Below, in pieces: positions 1 to 9,708 of a DNA stretch of 64,000 bases. The stretch is from positions 704,001-768,000 of the forward strand of contig CBDAOI010000003.1 in the NCBI GenBank assembly GCA_965198005.1. Direction: 5' to 3'. The notes under the pieces were generated by a model. It was not told the origin of the DNA and did no database searches. It worked only from the letters and a program-made list of their open reading frames with translations. This DNA comes from Spirochaetia bacterium. GTDB lineage: Bacteria; Spirochaetota; Spirochaetia; SZUA-6; Bin103. The translations under genes were made by a program, and so were the position numbers. Position 1 is the first letter of the stretch; the number at the start of each line of letters is the position of its first letter.

Positions 1-84
1 GTTTAAATGAAAACAGAACTTTTTTTTAAAAAAAAACCCCATGTCATGCCCGCAAGTAGTATGGGGTGGCCCCGGTTCGTTGGA

Positions 85-1055
85 CAGCCCGGGGGGTAAG
101 TTAAGGTGTATTCCGTTGGTTGTCAACCTACCCCTCCCTCTCAAGAACAGGTGGCGGTAACAGGGGGTGGGGGTCTGGGGGAGTGCAGCGAGGCTAGCTG
201 TTGAACTTGCGGGTGAAGGTCCCGCCGGCGCAAATCCCAGTGTGGCGCCGTAGTTATATCCGGCAGCCGACAGGGGCGACTCTGACGGCTGAAAGCCCGG
301 AAGTAAACGTACTTAGGGAAGGGCGCGAGCCCGACCGACCAACCTAGGAGGCTAACAACCAGAAGGGCCGTAGCGAGAGCGAACGGACGAATCGCCGAAA
401 TCCCCCCCAGCGGGAAGTTGGTTGCTGGATATTGGAGTGCCAAGGGTTTCCTCCCCTTACCCGATGGCCAGTGCTGCTGCGGAAGATACTGGGAAGTGCA
501 CGCAGCAGGCTCCCGGCGGAAGTTGAAGGCGGCAATTCTGGATAGTTCAACAGTGAAAGCCCGGAAGGTGTGCTGCTCAGGCAGGATGATCCTTGAATGC
601 CAAGGACCGGACCTATAACCGTCGGATGGCGGGAAGTGGAACGGAGAGTAGCAGACTGGCGGATGAGGCCGGCAAGCGAAGATGGCCGCGACAACATAAC
701 GCGGCTGGAGCGAGGGCCTCAGGGCTCAGGAGGAGCCGGTGGAAATGCACCGCCCGGACACTGAGCCGGGGAACGGTGGATACAGCCGTTGGCTCGAAGC
801 GATGGTCAAACCGGGGACAGCGCCCACGTAGCAAGGGATCAGGCTGAGCGTGGTTGCTATCGTACCGGGAAGGGCAGTCGTGAGCTTAAGGGCACCTGAG
901 CTTTGAGCCGTACCGTGGGAAAACCCGACGTACGGCATCTCAGGGGGGGCGCTGGAAACGTGACCTATGGTGGAATTGTGAACCCATCTCGCTACCGAAA
1001 GGGCGGGACTGGAAACCCTCCACCTACGGGTGCGCGCGCCAGCGCTCTACCCGAC
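85..1055 (+). mobile_element. Group II intron, ORF-less (copy 1; 5' end lost in degraded window start)
   Basis: Domain V-like GAGCCGTACCGTGGGAAAACCCGACGTACGGCATCTC at ~905-940. DVI ends ...GCTCTACCCGAC at 1055. Id3-like GCCAAGGGT-loop-ACCCGATGGC at 439-468. No RT ORF. Near-identical to 1950-2848. Confidence 0.85.
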
Positions 1056-1163
1056 GGGGGGCTTGATCCTGTGGACATTGTGGATAACTCCCCGCACCTG
1101 GATCGCACACCCGCTCGCCCTCTGACCTCGGAACCCGCAATTGCCACCTGCTCCCCATGTCCG

Positions 1164-1833
1164 TTACGCCACCTCCCGTCCGGGCGCCGCGACGCCGCGG
1201 TAGGCCTCGGACGGCGTCCGGCCACCGAGTGCCGAGTGCGGTCGTACCTCGTTGTAGAACTCGATCCACTCGTCGATCACCCGCTGCGCCACGAAGCCGT
1301 CCGCCAACTCGTGCAGGTAGACCGCTTCGTACTTCAGGGACCGCCACAGCCGCTCGATGAACACATTGTCCAGGCAACGACCGCGACCGTCCATCGAACA
1401 GCGTATCCCCGCCGCCACCAGCAGCTCCGTGAACGCGATGCTGGTGAACTGGCTCCCCTGATCGGTGTTGAAGATCTCCGGGTTGCCGTACATCTCCAGC
1501 GCTTCCTCCAGTGCCTCGACGCAGAACCGGGTGTCCAACGTGTTGGACAGCCGCCACGCCAGCACCCGCCGGCTGGCCCAGTCCATGATCGCCACCAAGT
1601 ACAGGAACCCGCCCTGCACCGGGATGTAGGTGATATCCGCGCACCACACCTGATTCGCGCGCTCGATCGTCAGCCCCCGCAGCAGATAGGGATACACCCG
1701 ATGCTCCGGGTTCGCGACGCTGAGCCGCGGCTTGCGGTAGATCGCCTCCAAGCCCAGCAGCCGCATCAGCCGCCGCACCCGGTGCCGACCGACGGTCACC
1801 CCCTCACGCGCCAGATGGCGTACCATCTGCCGA
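1164..1833 (-). pseudogene. IS3-family transposase OrfB (integrase core), 5'-truncated
   Basis: NQVWCADITY, FNTDQGSQFTS, DNVFIERLWRSLKYE, YNEVRPHSAL motifs; N-terminus missing. Confidence 0.92.
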
Positions 1834-1834
1834 G

Positions 1835-1882
1835 TGCGCATTCCGGTGAACCTTTCCAGTGAATCCGGTGGAACGTTACCAC
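1835..1882 (+). mobile_element. IS21-like terminal repeat remnant
   Basis: TGCGCATTCCGGTGAAC...GAATCCGGTGGAACGTTACC resembles the reiterated IS21-family ends, and istB fragments lie nearby. Alternatively GTGCG at 1834 is the intron 5' end. Confidence 0.45.
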
Positions 1883-2848
1883 CGCCGACGCGTGAGGCGT
1901 CATCTCGATGCTGGTTAGAAGTGGTAAGTTTGGTCCTCCCCCGGAGGGTAGGTCAAGGTGTATTCGGGTGATTGTCAGAGCACTGCTCCCTCTTAAAAAC
2001 AGGTGGCGGTAAAAGGGGGTGGGGGTCCGGGGGAGTGCAGCGAGGCTAGCTGTTGAACTTGCGGGTGAAGGTCCCGCCGGCGCAAATCCCAGTGTGGCGC
2101 CGTAGTTATATCCGGCAGCCGACAGGGGCGACTCTGACGGCTGAAAGCCCGGAAGTAAACGTACTTAGGGAAGGGCGCGAGCCCGACCGACCAACCTAGG
2201 AGGCTAACAACCAGAAGGGCCGTAGCGAGAGCGAACGGACGAATCGCCGAAATCCCCCCCAGCGGGAAGTTGGTTGCTGGATATTGGAGTGCCAAGGGTT
2301 TCCTCCCCTTACCCGATGGCCAGTGCTGCTGCGGAAGATACTGGGAAGTGCGCGCAGCAGGCTCCCGGCGGAAGTTGAAGGCGGCAATTCTGGATAGTTC
2401 AACAGTGAAAGCCCGGAAGGTGTGCTGCTCAGGCAGGATGATCCTTGAATGCCAAGGACCGGACCTATAACCGTCGGATGGCGGGAAGTGGAACGGAGAG
2501 CAGCAGACTGGCGGATGAGGCCACCAAGCGACGATGGCCGCGACAACATAACGCGGCTGGAGCGAGGGCCTCAGGGCTCAGGAGGAGCCAGTGGAAATGC
2601 ACCGCCCGGACACTGAGCCGGGGAACGGTGGATACAGCCGTTGGCTCGAAGCGATGGTCAAACCGGGGACAGCGCCCACGTAGCCAAGGATCAGGCTGAG
2701 CGTGGTTGCTATCGTACCGGGAAGGGCCGCCGTGAGCTTGCGGGCACCTGAGCTTCGAGCCGTACTGTGGGAAAACCCGACGTACGGAATCTCAGGGGGG
2801 GCGCTGGAAACGTGGCCTACGGGCGCGCGCGCCAGCGCTCTACCCGAC
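1883..2848 (+). mobile_element. Group II intron, ORF-less (copy 2; shortened DVI)
   Basis: DV GAGCCGTACTGTGGGAAAACCCGACGTACGGAATCTC; ends GCTCTACCCGAC at 2848; no ORF; 5' boundary uncertain (1834 or ~1883). Confidence 0.85.
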
Positions 2849-3039
2849 GGGGGCGCTTGATCCTGTGGACATTGTGGATAACTTCCCTCACCGGATTGTG
2901 CTCCCGCTTGTGCTCTGCCCTCGGAACCCGCAATTGCGACGTGCTCCCCATGCCCGCTACGCCATCTGCGGTCCGGTCGCCGCGACCCCGCCGCAGGCCG
3001 GCGCCGGCGTCCGACCATCCAGTGCCGAGTGCGGTCGTA

Positions 3040-3330
3040 CCTCTGGACTGGAAGGAGAAGTCGAACTCCTCGACGGTGTTCAGGAACGGGAAGCGAGCCT
3101 GTCTGACCGAGCGCTGGATGCGGGTCTGTTGGCGATGGGAGATCTCCTCGATGATCCGCACGCCGAGGAACGCCCGGCACGACCAGCCATGAATCTCCGC
3201 GCGATCGAGCAACTGCCGCCAGCGGCGGCGGGTGTTGGCCACCGGGTTGAGCCGGCGCAGCAACGGATCGAACTCCACGGTGGCCGGATCGTAGGGCAGC
3301 GAGTGCGAGGTGGCGGTGCTCATCGCCAAG
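3040..3330 (-). pseudogene. istB: IS21 helper ATPase IstB, N-terminal fragment (joined to an IS3 3' remnant at 2849-3040)
   Basis: EEISHRQQTRIQRSVRQARFPFLNTVEEFDFSFQ. Confidence 0.75.
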
Positions 3331-3574
3331 GCAGCTCCTGAGAAACTACCTGTTTCTGCCATGCCTGCACCGGCCCCGGGCCGGTGGGTAGCTCCTGAGA
3401 TGGTGCGGATGCGCGCTCGACAGGCCCCGTGAGCGCCCGCTGCACGCGAATCAGGTAGGTCACGGAGAAAAAATCGTCCATAGCGGCCCTGTGCGGCGTT
3501 TTCTGAGGGGAGGTGGTGTTGCAACACCCCCTGGAAATGCCGGGACAACCGCCGATTCAGGAGAGGCCAGACTC

Positions 3575-3823
3575 TCATCGCACCTCCTCGGCAGCCTGCG
3601 GCTTGTGCAGCGACTCCCCCTGGAGATCGATCCTGACCGAGTGGTGGATCAGGCGATCGCAGATAGCATCGGCGATGGTAGCATCGCCGATGACCTGGAA
3701 CCAGCTAGCCACGGGCAGTTGGGAAGCGAAGACGGTGGAATGGCGCCCGACCCGATCTTCCAAGACCTCCAGCAGGGTGAGCCGGGCCGGGCCATCAAGG
3801 TGCTGGAGACCAAAATCATCGAG
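3575..3823 (-). pseudogene. istB: IS21 helper ATPase IstB, C-terminal fragment, cut by the RIT element
   Basis: LLDDFG Walker B, LLEVLEDR, SQLPVASW, ADAICDRLIHHS. Confidence 0.88.
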
Positions 3824-3995
3824 TAATGTGCAGCTGCACATTACTCGATTAATGTTGAGCACCTATTAATGTGGAGTTGAGCCCGTAGGTCCTTGCTAAC
3901 GCGAGATTTAGTGGGTACCAACTCAACATAAATCGGTCGAGTAAGCTGGCGATCGGCGCCACTGCTGGCGCCTACCAACCAATCCGGAGGTCGCG

Positions 3996-5225
3996 ATGCT
4001 TATCGATCTATTTCCGCGGGCACATGCCCGCTTTGCCGCTCTGCCACTACTCGGTCCCCAGCTTGATAGATTTGTCCGCTGGCTTGACGCACTGGGGTTT
4101 GCGAGGATTCCGATTCGCCAGCGCATTCGCAAGACGCCCCGTCTCGACAACCTGCTGCACTGCGGTGGCATCCGCGAGTTGAGCAAGCTCTCCAGGGCGA
4201 AGCTGCTGACTTTCGCGCCACGCCGTTGCTATGACGACGTCTACCTATCCGCTCTCGTTCGTTCCCTGACGGCCTATCTGGAGGAGCGAGGGACGCTCGC
4301 TGCCCCCAGTGCCACGCCCAGCGAACGCTTGGTCGGTGCCTATCGAGACTACCTCGACCATGTGAGGGGACTGACCGCATTGACGGTGCAGCAGCACGCC
4401 ACCAGTGCGTCGGAATTCCTTGGCTTCTTGCACTTCGACGACGATCCGACGGTGCTGCCGAAGCTCACCGCATCACAGCTTGAGCGATTCGTGAAATCGG
4501 TCGCGGCACGGCTGAGTCGAGCCACTCTCCAGCACAAGGCGGCACATCTGAGGTCGTTCTTGCGATTCCTGGCGGGCCGAGGCGAGGCCGCTCCCGGTCT
4601 GGACGCCGCAATTGAGCAGCCACGGGTGTACCGCGGCGAGCGGTTGCCACGGGCACTGCCTTGGGAAAGCGTGCAGACGTTGCTTGCCTCCGTCGACCGG
4701 ACAACGGCAATGGGACGCCGCGACTACGCCATACTCCTGCTGATCGCCACCTACGGCCTGCGCGCCAGTGAAGTGGCCGCTCTGCGCCTGGACCACATCG
4801 CTTGGCGAGCCGGACGGTTTCAGGTTCCGCGTCCGAAAATCCGGACGCCGATCGCCCTGCCGCTAACGCTGGAGGTTGGCGCGGCCCTGCTGGACTACCT
4901 GCGACATGCCCGCCCTGCATCTGCGCATCGTGAAGTGTTCCTGCGCGTCCGCAAGCCTGGAGGGCCGTTGGTAGCCGCCAGCGTCGGTGATGCGTTCCGC
5001 GTTTGGGGCAGCCGTAGCGCACTGAACATTCGATCCGGGGGAGCGCACTGTCTGCGCCACTCTCTGGCCCTGCATCTGCTGCGCCAGGGAACCTCTCTCA
5101 AGGCCATCGGTGATCTGCTCGGCCATCACAGTATGGAGAGCACCTGCGTATACCTACGGCTGCACGTGGACGATCTTCGAGCCGCCGCGCTCGACCTGCC
5201 GGCACAGACGGAGGCCCAACGATGA
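3996..5225 (+). CDS. ritA: Tyrosine recombinase RitA
   Basis: RRDYAILLLIATYGLRASEV, HCLRHSLA, LLGH...TCVY catalytic motifs. Confidence 0.9.
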   Translation: MLIDLFPRAHARFAALPLLGPQLDRFVRWLDALGFARIPIRQRIRKTPRLDNLLHCGGIRELSKLSRAKLLTFAPRRCYDDVYLSALVRSLTAYLEERGTLAAPSATPSERLVGAYRDYLDHVRGLTALTVQQHATSASEFLGFLHFDDDPTVLPKLTASQLERFVKSVAARLSRATLQHKAAHLRSFLRFLAGRGEAAPGLDAAIEQPRVYRGERLPRALPWESVQTLLASVDRTTAMGRRDYAILLLIATYGLRASEVAALRLDHIAWRAGRFQVPRPKIRTPIALPLTLEVGAALLDYLRHARPASAHREVFLRVRKPGGPLVAASVGDAFRVWGSRSALNIRSGGAHCLRHSLALHLLRQGTSLKAIGDLLGHHSMESTCVYLRLHVDDLRAAALDLPAQTEAQR

Positions 5226-6208
5226 ACGCGTGCTCCACGTTCCACTCAGCTCTCGGCCCGTCTATCGCCGCCTATCTCCAACTCAAACAGGCTCTCGGTC
5301 GTGAATACCGGAACGAGACTGTCGTCCTGGCTGACCTCGACCGCTTTCTGGTCGCGCAACGTGCGCCCACGCTGACCGCCCCCAGCTTCGCCGCCTGGAC
5401 GCTTACCCTGACCCACCTCACGCCGACGGTGCGGCGAGCGCGCATGCGCATCGTGCGCAATCTGTGTCTCTACCTGCAACGGACCGATCGACACTGCTTC
5501 GTGCCCGAAGTGAGCGGGTTTCCGGCACCGAGCGCGCCGCGCCGGCCATTCATCTTCTCCAAAGAGCAAATCGCTGCGCTCATGCGTGCGACCGCGAAGC
5601 TCCCCACCACCGTTGTTTCCCCGCTCTGCGCCGAGGTCTACCGGGTGGCGATCGTGCTGCTGTATACGGCCGGTCTGCGCCGCGGCGAACTCATCCGGCT
5701 GATGATCAGCGACTACAGCCCAACACAGCGGACCCTCCTGGTGCACGCATCGAAGTTCCACAAGTCCCGCGTCGTCGCACTCTCCCAGGATGCCACGCGG
5801 GAAGTAGATCTCTATCTTGCCGCACGGCGCCAACTGCCGCTTGCGGTCGACGGACCCCTGCTGGTCAATAGCCTCGGCCAACAGCAGGCCTATACCGGAG
5901 CGGGCCTTGCCCAAGGACTCCGTCGTCTGTTTCGTGCCGCCGAGGTCCGCACCGCGGCGGGAGAGCTGCCTCGGGTCCACGATCTGCGCCATACCCATGC
6001 CGTCCACGTCCTGCTGCGCTGGTACCACGCCGGGATCGATGTGCAATCCCAACTACCGACGCTGGCAACCGCCATGGGACACGTCTCGGTGGTCTCTACC
6101 GCCTACTACCTGAGCTGGCTCGAACCCGTCGCCGAAGCGGCCAACGAACGCTTCTTGCGCCATGTACAGTCCATCTTCGGTCCGGCCGGGGGAGCTGACC
6201 ATGAGTAA
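5222..6208 (+). CDS. ritB: Tyrosine recombinase RitB
   Basis: LYTAGLRRGE, SKFHKSR, PRVHDLRHTHAV, MGH...TAYY; ATGA overlap with ritA. Confidence 0.9.
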   Translation: MNACSTFHSALGPSIAAYLQLKQALGREYRNETVVLADLDRFLVAQRAPTLTAPSFAAWTLTLTHLTPTVRRARMRIVRNLCLYLQRTDRHCFVPEVSGFPAPSAPRRPFIFSKEQIAALMRATAKLPTTVVSPLCAEVYRVAIVLLYTAGLRRGELIRLMISDYSPTQRTLLVHASKFHKSRVVALSQDATREVDLYLAARRQLPLAVDGPLLVNSLGQQQAYTGAGLAQGLRRLFRAAEVRTAAGELPRVHDLRHTHAVHVLLRWYHAGIDVQSQLPTLATAMGHVSVVSTAYYLSWLEPVAEAANERFLRHVQSIFGPAGGADHE

Positions 6209-7058
6209 TATCCGTCCCAATGCGCTCGGTCGAGCCCTCCGTGGCTTCTTCACTGATGATCTACCCCAGGTCCGTGGCGTCAGCCGCCATACCCTGCTCA
6301 GCTACCGCGATGCGATCACGTTGCTGTTGCGATTCCTGGCGGCACGTCATCAGCGGCCGGTGGCGGCACTCGATTTTCCCCACCTCGCGCCCGCGCATCT
6401 GCTGCCGTTCCTCGCGCACCTCGAGACCGAGCGGGGCAACAGTATCGCAACCCGCAACGTACGACTGGCGGCGGTGCATGCCTTCGTCCGCTACGCAGCG
6501 CAGCACCACCCCGAGCACCTCGAGCTGTGTCAGCAGATCCTTGCGGTACCGTTCAAGCGCGCGCCGCAGAACGTCGTGGAGTATCTCGAAGCGGACGAAT
6601 TGCAAGCCCTGCTGGAGGCCCCGGACTGCACTACCCGGGACGGCCGGCGAGACCGCACCCTGCTACTTACCATGTTCAACACCGGCGCACGAGTGCAGGA
6701 GATCCTCGACCTGCGTCCCTGCGACCTGCAGCTCGAACGGCCTCCCCAAGTCCGCCTCCGCGGGAAGGGGCGCAAGGAGCGTATCTGCCCCTTGTGGCCG
6801 CAGACGGTGCAGGCACTGGACGCCCTGCTGCAAGAGCAAGGCGACCAGCCCGCCGCCACGGCACGCATGTTCCGCAACCGTCGTGGGCAACCGTTGACCC
6901 GTTTCGGCGTGGGCTACCTGCTGCAAAAACATGCGCGCACGGCATCCGCATCGGCGAAGACCCTCCGCAGCAAACGGGTTCACCCACACCTGCTGCGGCA
7001 CACCACCGCCACCCACCTGCTCCAAGCTGGCGTCGATCTGGTCACCATCAGCCATTGA
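6201..7058 (+). pseudogene. ritC: Tyrosine recombinase RitC, truncated before the LGH motif and catalytic Tyr
   Basis: TRNVRLAA, NTGARVQE, GKGRKER, HPHLLRHTTATHLLQAGVDLVTISH, then an abrupt junction with an IS 3' end. Confidence 0.88.
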
Positions 7059-7061
7059 GCG

Positions 7062-8207
7062 CTACCCGGACAGCGGCTGCGGCGGCGAGTTCATCCGCAC
7101 CAGCACCTGGTCCCACGACGGGAACAGGAATAGCCGGAACGTGGCGCGGACCGCGCCCCAGAACTCCCGGCGCGGGGTTGCCGTTCAGCGGCACCCCGGT
7201 AACCCACGTCGATGGTGGAGCGGTGGTCCAGCAGCCGACCGCGGCGCAGCCCGTCGATATCCTGGTACAGGCTTGGTGTGATCCTCCGGCTTGGCCACCA
7301 GCAGAAACGAGAAGCGGGCGGCGCGCACCTGTTCGATGAACGGTTGCTTGGAGTACGGACTATCGGCGACGATCACCGCAGCCAGCCGGGGATGGTCGTT
7401 ACGGATGCGCTGCACGGCACGGTAGCCGGCTTTTGGTTCACAGTCCTGCTTGCGGCGTTTGGCGCTCTTGGCGCCAGAGTCATCGGCGTTGTGAATGAAC
7501 ACGGGAGCCAACGGCAGCACCTGCCGCTTGTCGGGGTGGACGATGGCGGTCTGCAGGATGTCGTGGTGGTAGCGTACGGTGCCGTTGTTGGTGGCGGTCA
7601 GACAGCACTCACAGTTCACCTGGTACGAGCTGAAGTACTGGGAGCCGTCCATGGTGATGAGGTAGCGACCGTCGAGGAACTGGTAGTGCTGCAGCCATTT
7701 GGTGTACTGCATGCGCCCTATCCAGTCGCCGAAGCAGCCGAGCAGCGGTTCATAGTCATGGCTGTCGAGCAGATCGCGGAACTGGGAGTCGGCAGGGATC
7801 CGAGCGACGCCAAACGTAGCGTTGAGGTTGTTGGTGCGGAGTTGGTCCTGGAAGCGGCGTTGGAACTCCAGCACGGAAGGGTCTTGGAGGTAGAACAAGG
7901 CGAAACCACACACGTAGCAATCCTGCAGGGAGTACCGGACCTTGCTGGCTTGGCGGGTATCGACGACCTTGGCGGCGTGCAGGTTCAAGGAGACCAGGAG
8001 CGCACGAAAACGAAGTAATAATGGACCTCTGCGGCGACCTCTTGCCATAGGAGACAGCATGACAACCCTGGGATCGAGTGTCCAGCCGGTAGGCAACTTA
8101 TTACATACTCATGACCTATACGACCACTTACGTGCCGTCCCGTGCCGTCCCGCCCGCCATTGCCCCCTACGCCGACCCTCTCAATTTTTGTTCACCGAGA
8201 ATTGCTG
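7062..8207 (-). mobile_element. ISNCY-like DDE transposase element, internally deleted
   Basis: FYLQDPSVLEFQ, ITMDGSQYFSS, KQDCE, IVADS motifs; C-terminus RREFWGAVRATFRLFLFPSWDQVL (stop at 7062); terminal motif CAGCAATTCTCGGTGAAC at 8190-8207. Confidence 0.75.
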
Positions 8208-8252
8208 TTCGGTGGCTTCGGTGGTAGCGACGCGGGGACGAGTGGTCACGGA

Positions 8253-8891
8253 TCACCGTGCCCATGAGAACGCAGTCTGCCACCCACGCGGCATGCGCTC
8301 AAGCGCTGATCCACTCTCGTCACTCTCGATGAGCGACTGTGCGAAGCGGGCGATCGCCCGGTCGATATCGCCCGGGTCTTCGATCGGCTCCCCGCGGGCG
8401 GCTCGGAGGTAGAGATTCAGCGGGTACTCGCAGCAGGAGGCCACGTAATCGATGAATTGCGCCGGGTCTTCGGTCCGGTCGACTCGTTCCAGCTCCTCCA
8501 GGTAGCGGTCCCGCGCTTCGCGTTGGACGATGGCCACGGTGTAGCCGTGCCTGAGCAGGATCAGGTTCATCAGCAGTCGGGCCATGCGGCCGTTGCCGTC
8601 GTCGAACGGGTGGATGCGGACCAGGCGGTAGTGGAAGATCGCGGCGATGATCACCGGATGCTCGCCGTTCGCTTCCTGCGCGCGGCACCAGTCGATCAGG
8701 TCGCCCATCTCCTGCTTCACCTGCTCCGGGGGCGTAAAGTAGTAGGTCTCGCCGGTCGAGGTAACCACGTTGTTCGGAGTGGTCTTGTACTGGCCGATGG
8801 TGATGCGGCGGCTCGTGCGCTCACCGTCCGGGGTAGTCGCCGCAATCGACGTGCCCGTGTACGTGCAGTATGCACGCTGGATCGGGACCAT
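8253..8891 (-). pseudogene. Fic family protein, probably truncated at both ends
   Basis: HPFDDGNGRMAR Fic motif; GQYKTTPN. Confidence 0.85.
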
Positions 8892-8928
8892 CTGCGGGAT
8901 CTGTATCGTGACCTGAAGTGGAATCCGA

Positions 8929-9117
8929 TTATCTAACGGTTACGGAATCAGCCACAACGGTGGTGGGCTCCGGGATTGGATCCCCGGTTTCACGCATGAA
9001 CTGCAGGTGTGCCACAATGGCGTCAGTCATGTTGCGCTTGGTTTCCTCAATGGTCATACCCGTGGCGATGCATCCCGGCAAGTCAGGAGCGTATCTCATA
9101 CCGGTAATATAGTCCAA
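8929..9117 (-). CDS. hicB: HicB-family antitoxin (N-terminus possibly truncated)
   Basis: YAPDLPGCIATGMTIEET...GDPIPEP. Confidence 0.8.
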   Translation of the reverse strand: MDYITGMRYAPDLPGCIATGMTIEETKRNMTDAIVAHLQFMRETGDPIPEPTTVVADSVTVR

Positions 9118-9203
9118 AGACTACAGCAATCGACGGATTGAGCGCCAACCGCGACGAACTCTCCACCACGCTGGCGATGGGCGTCACCATCGATCACGTC
9201 TTC

Positions 9204-9533
9204 TCAATGACGGTGCCCGTTGCACCACGCACTGAAGGCAAACAGTCTGATCGGCGGCGTGGCCAGCCCGAAGATGGCGACGCTGCGTCCGACATAATCG
9301 CCCAGGGTGCCCTGGCGCACCGCCGAGTAGATGCCGACCGGCAGCGCGATTACCAGGCCGATGAGCAGCGCCGCCGCCCCCAGCTCCAGCGTGACCGGCA
9401 CTCTGGCGAGGATCTCGGTCCTGAAACGGACGCCGTCCGCGCCGCGTGGGTATCCGGCCTCGTCGAGCAGTCGCTCGGCACCTTCAGGGTCGTAGACCCA
9501 GTACTGCTTGATCTCCTCAATGTAGTAAGCCAC
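9204..9533 (-). pseudogene. Chimeric remnant: SBP fragment fused in frame to a DppB-like permease fragment
   Basis: YDPEGAERLLDEAGYPRGADGVRFRTEIL joined to ARVPVTLELG...GLATP. Confidence 0.85.
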
Positions 9534-9708
9534 GTGGTTTACTCACGGCTATACGATACCTGACAACAACAGCTCTCGTCGTCCCCGGTTGGAAGAAGCT
9601 GACGCACCGCCTTGGCGGGGGTGATCAAGGGGCCGGCATCGCTTATGACACGAGCCACGGAGAGATACCGCCGGTTTCGTTGCTCGTGGTTTGGCGCCCC
9701 CGTGTCGG

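Larger units (their letters stand above)
3824..7058 (+). mobile_element. RIT (recombinase in trio) element, right end lost
   Basis: Three overlapping tyrosine recombinase genes; left end with repeated TAATGT(G/T)(C/G)AG boxes. Confidence 0.88.

Noticed and set aside
141-938. Short ORFs duplicated at 1993-2699
   Set aside because: They are incidental frames within the duplicated intron RNA, with no protein motifs
1068-1090. Replication origin
   Set aside because: Only one perfect DnaA box per copy, no AT-rich unwinding element and no dnaA or rep gene
7059-7175. Repeated peptide YPDSGCGGEFIRTSTWSHDGNRNSRNVA as a novel domain
   Set aside because: It is the antisense reading of the transposase C-terminus (RREFWGAVRATFRLFLFPSWDQVL)
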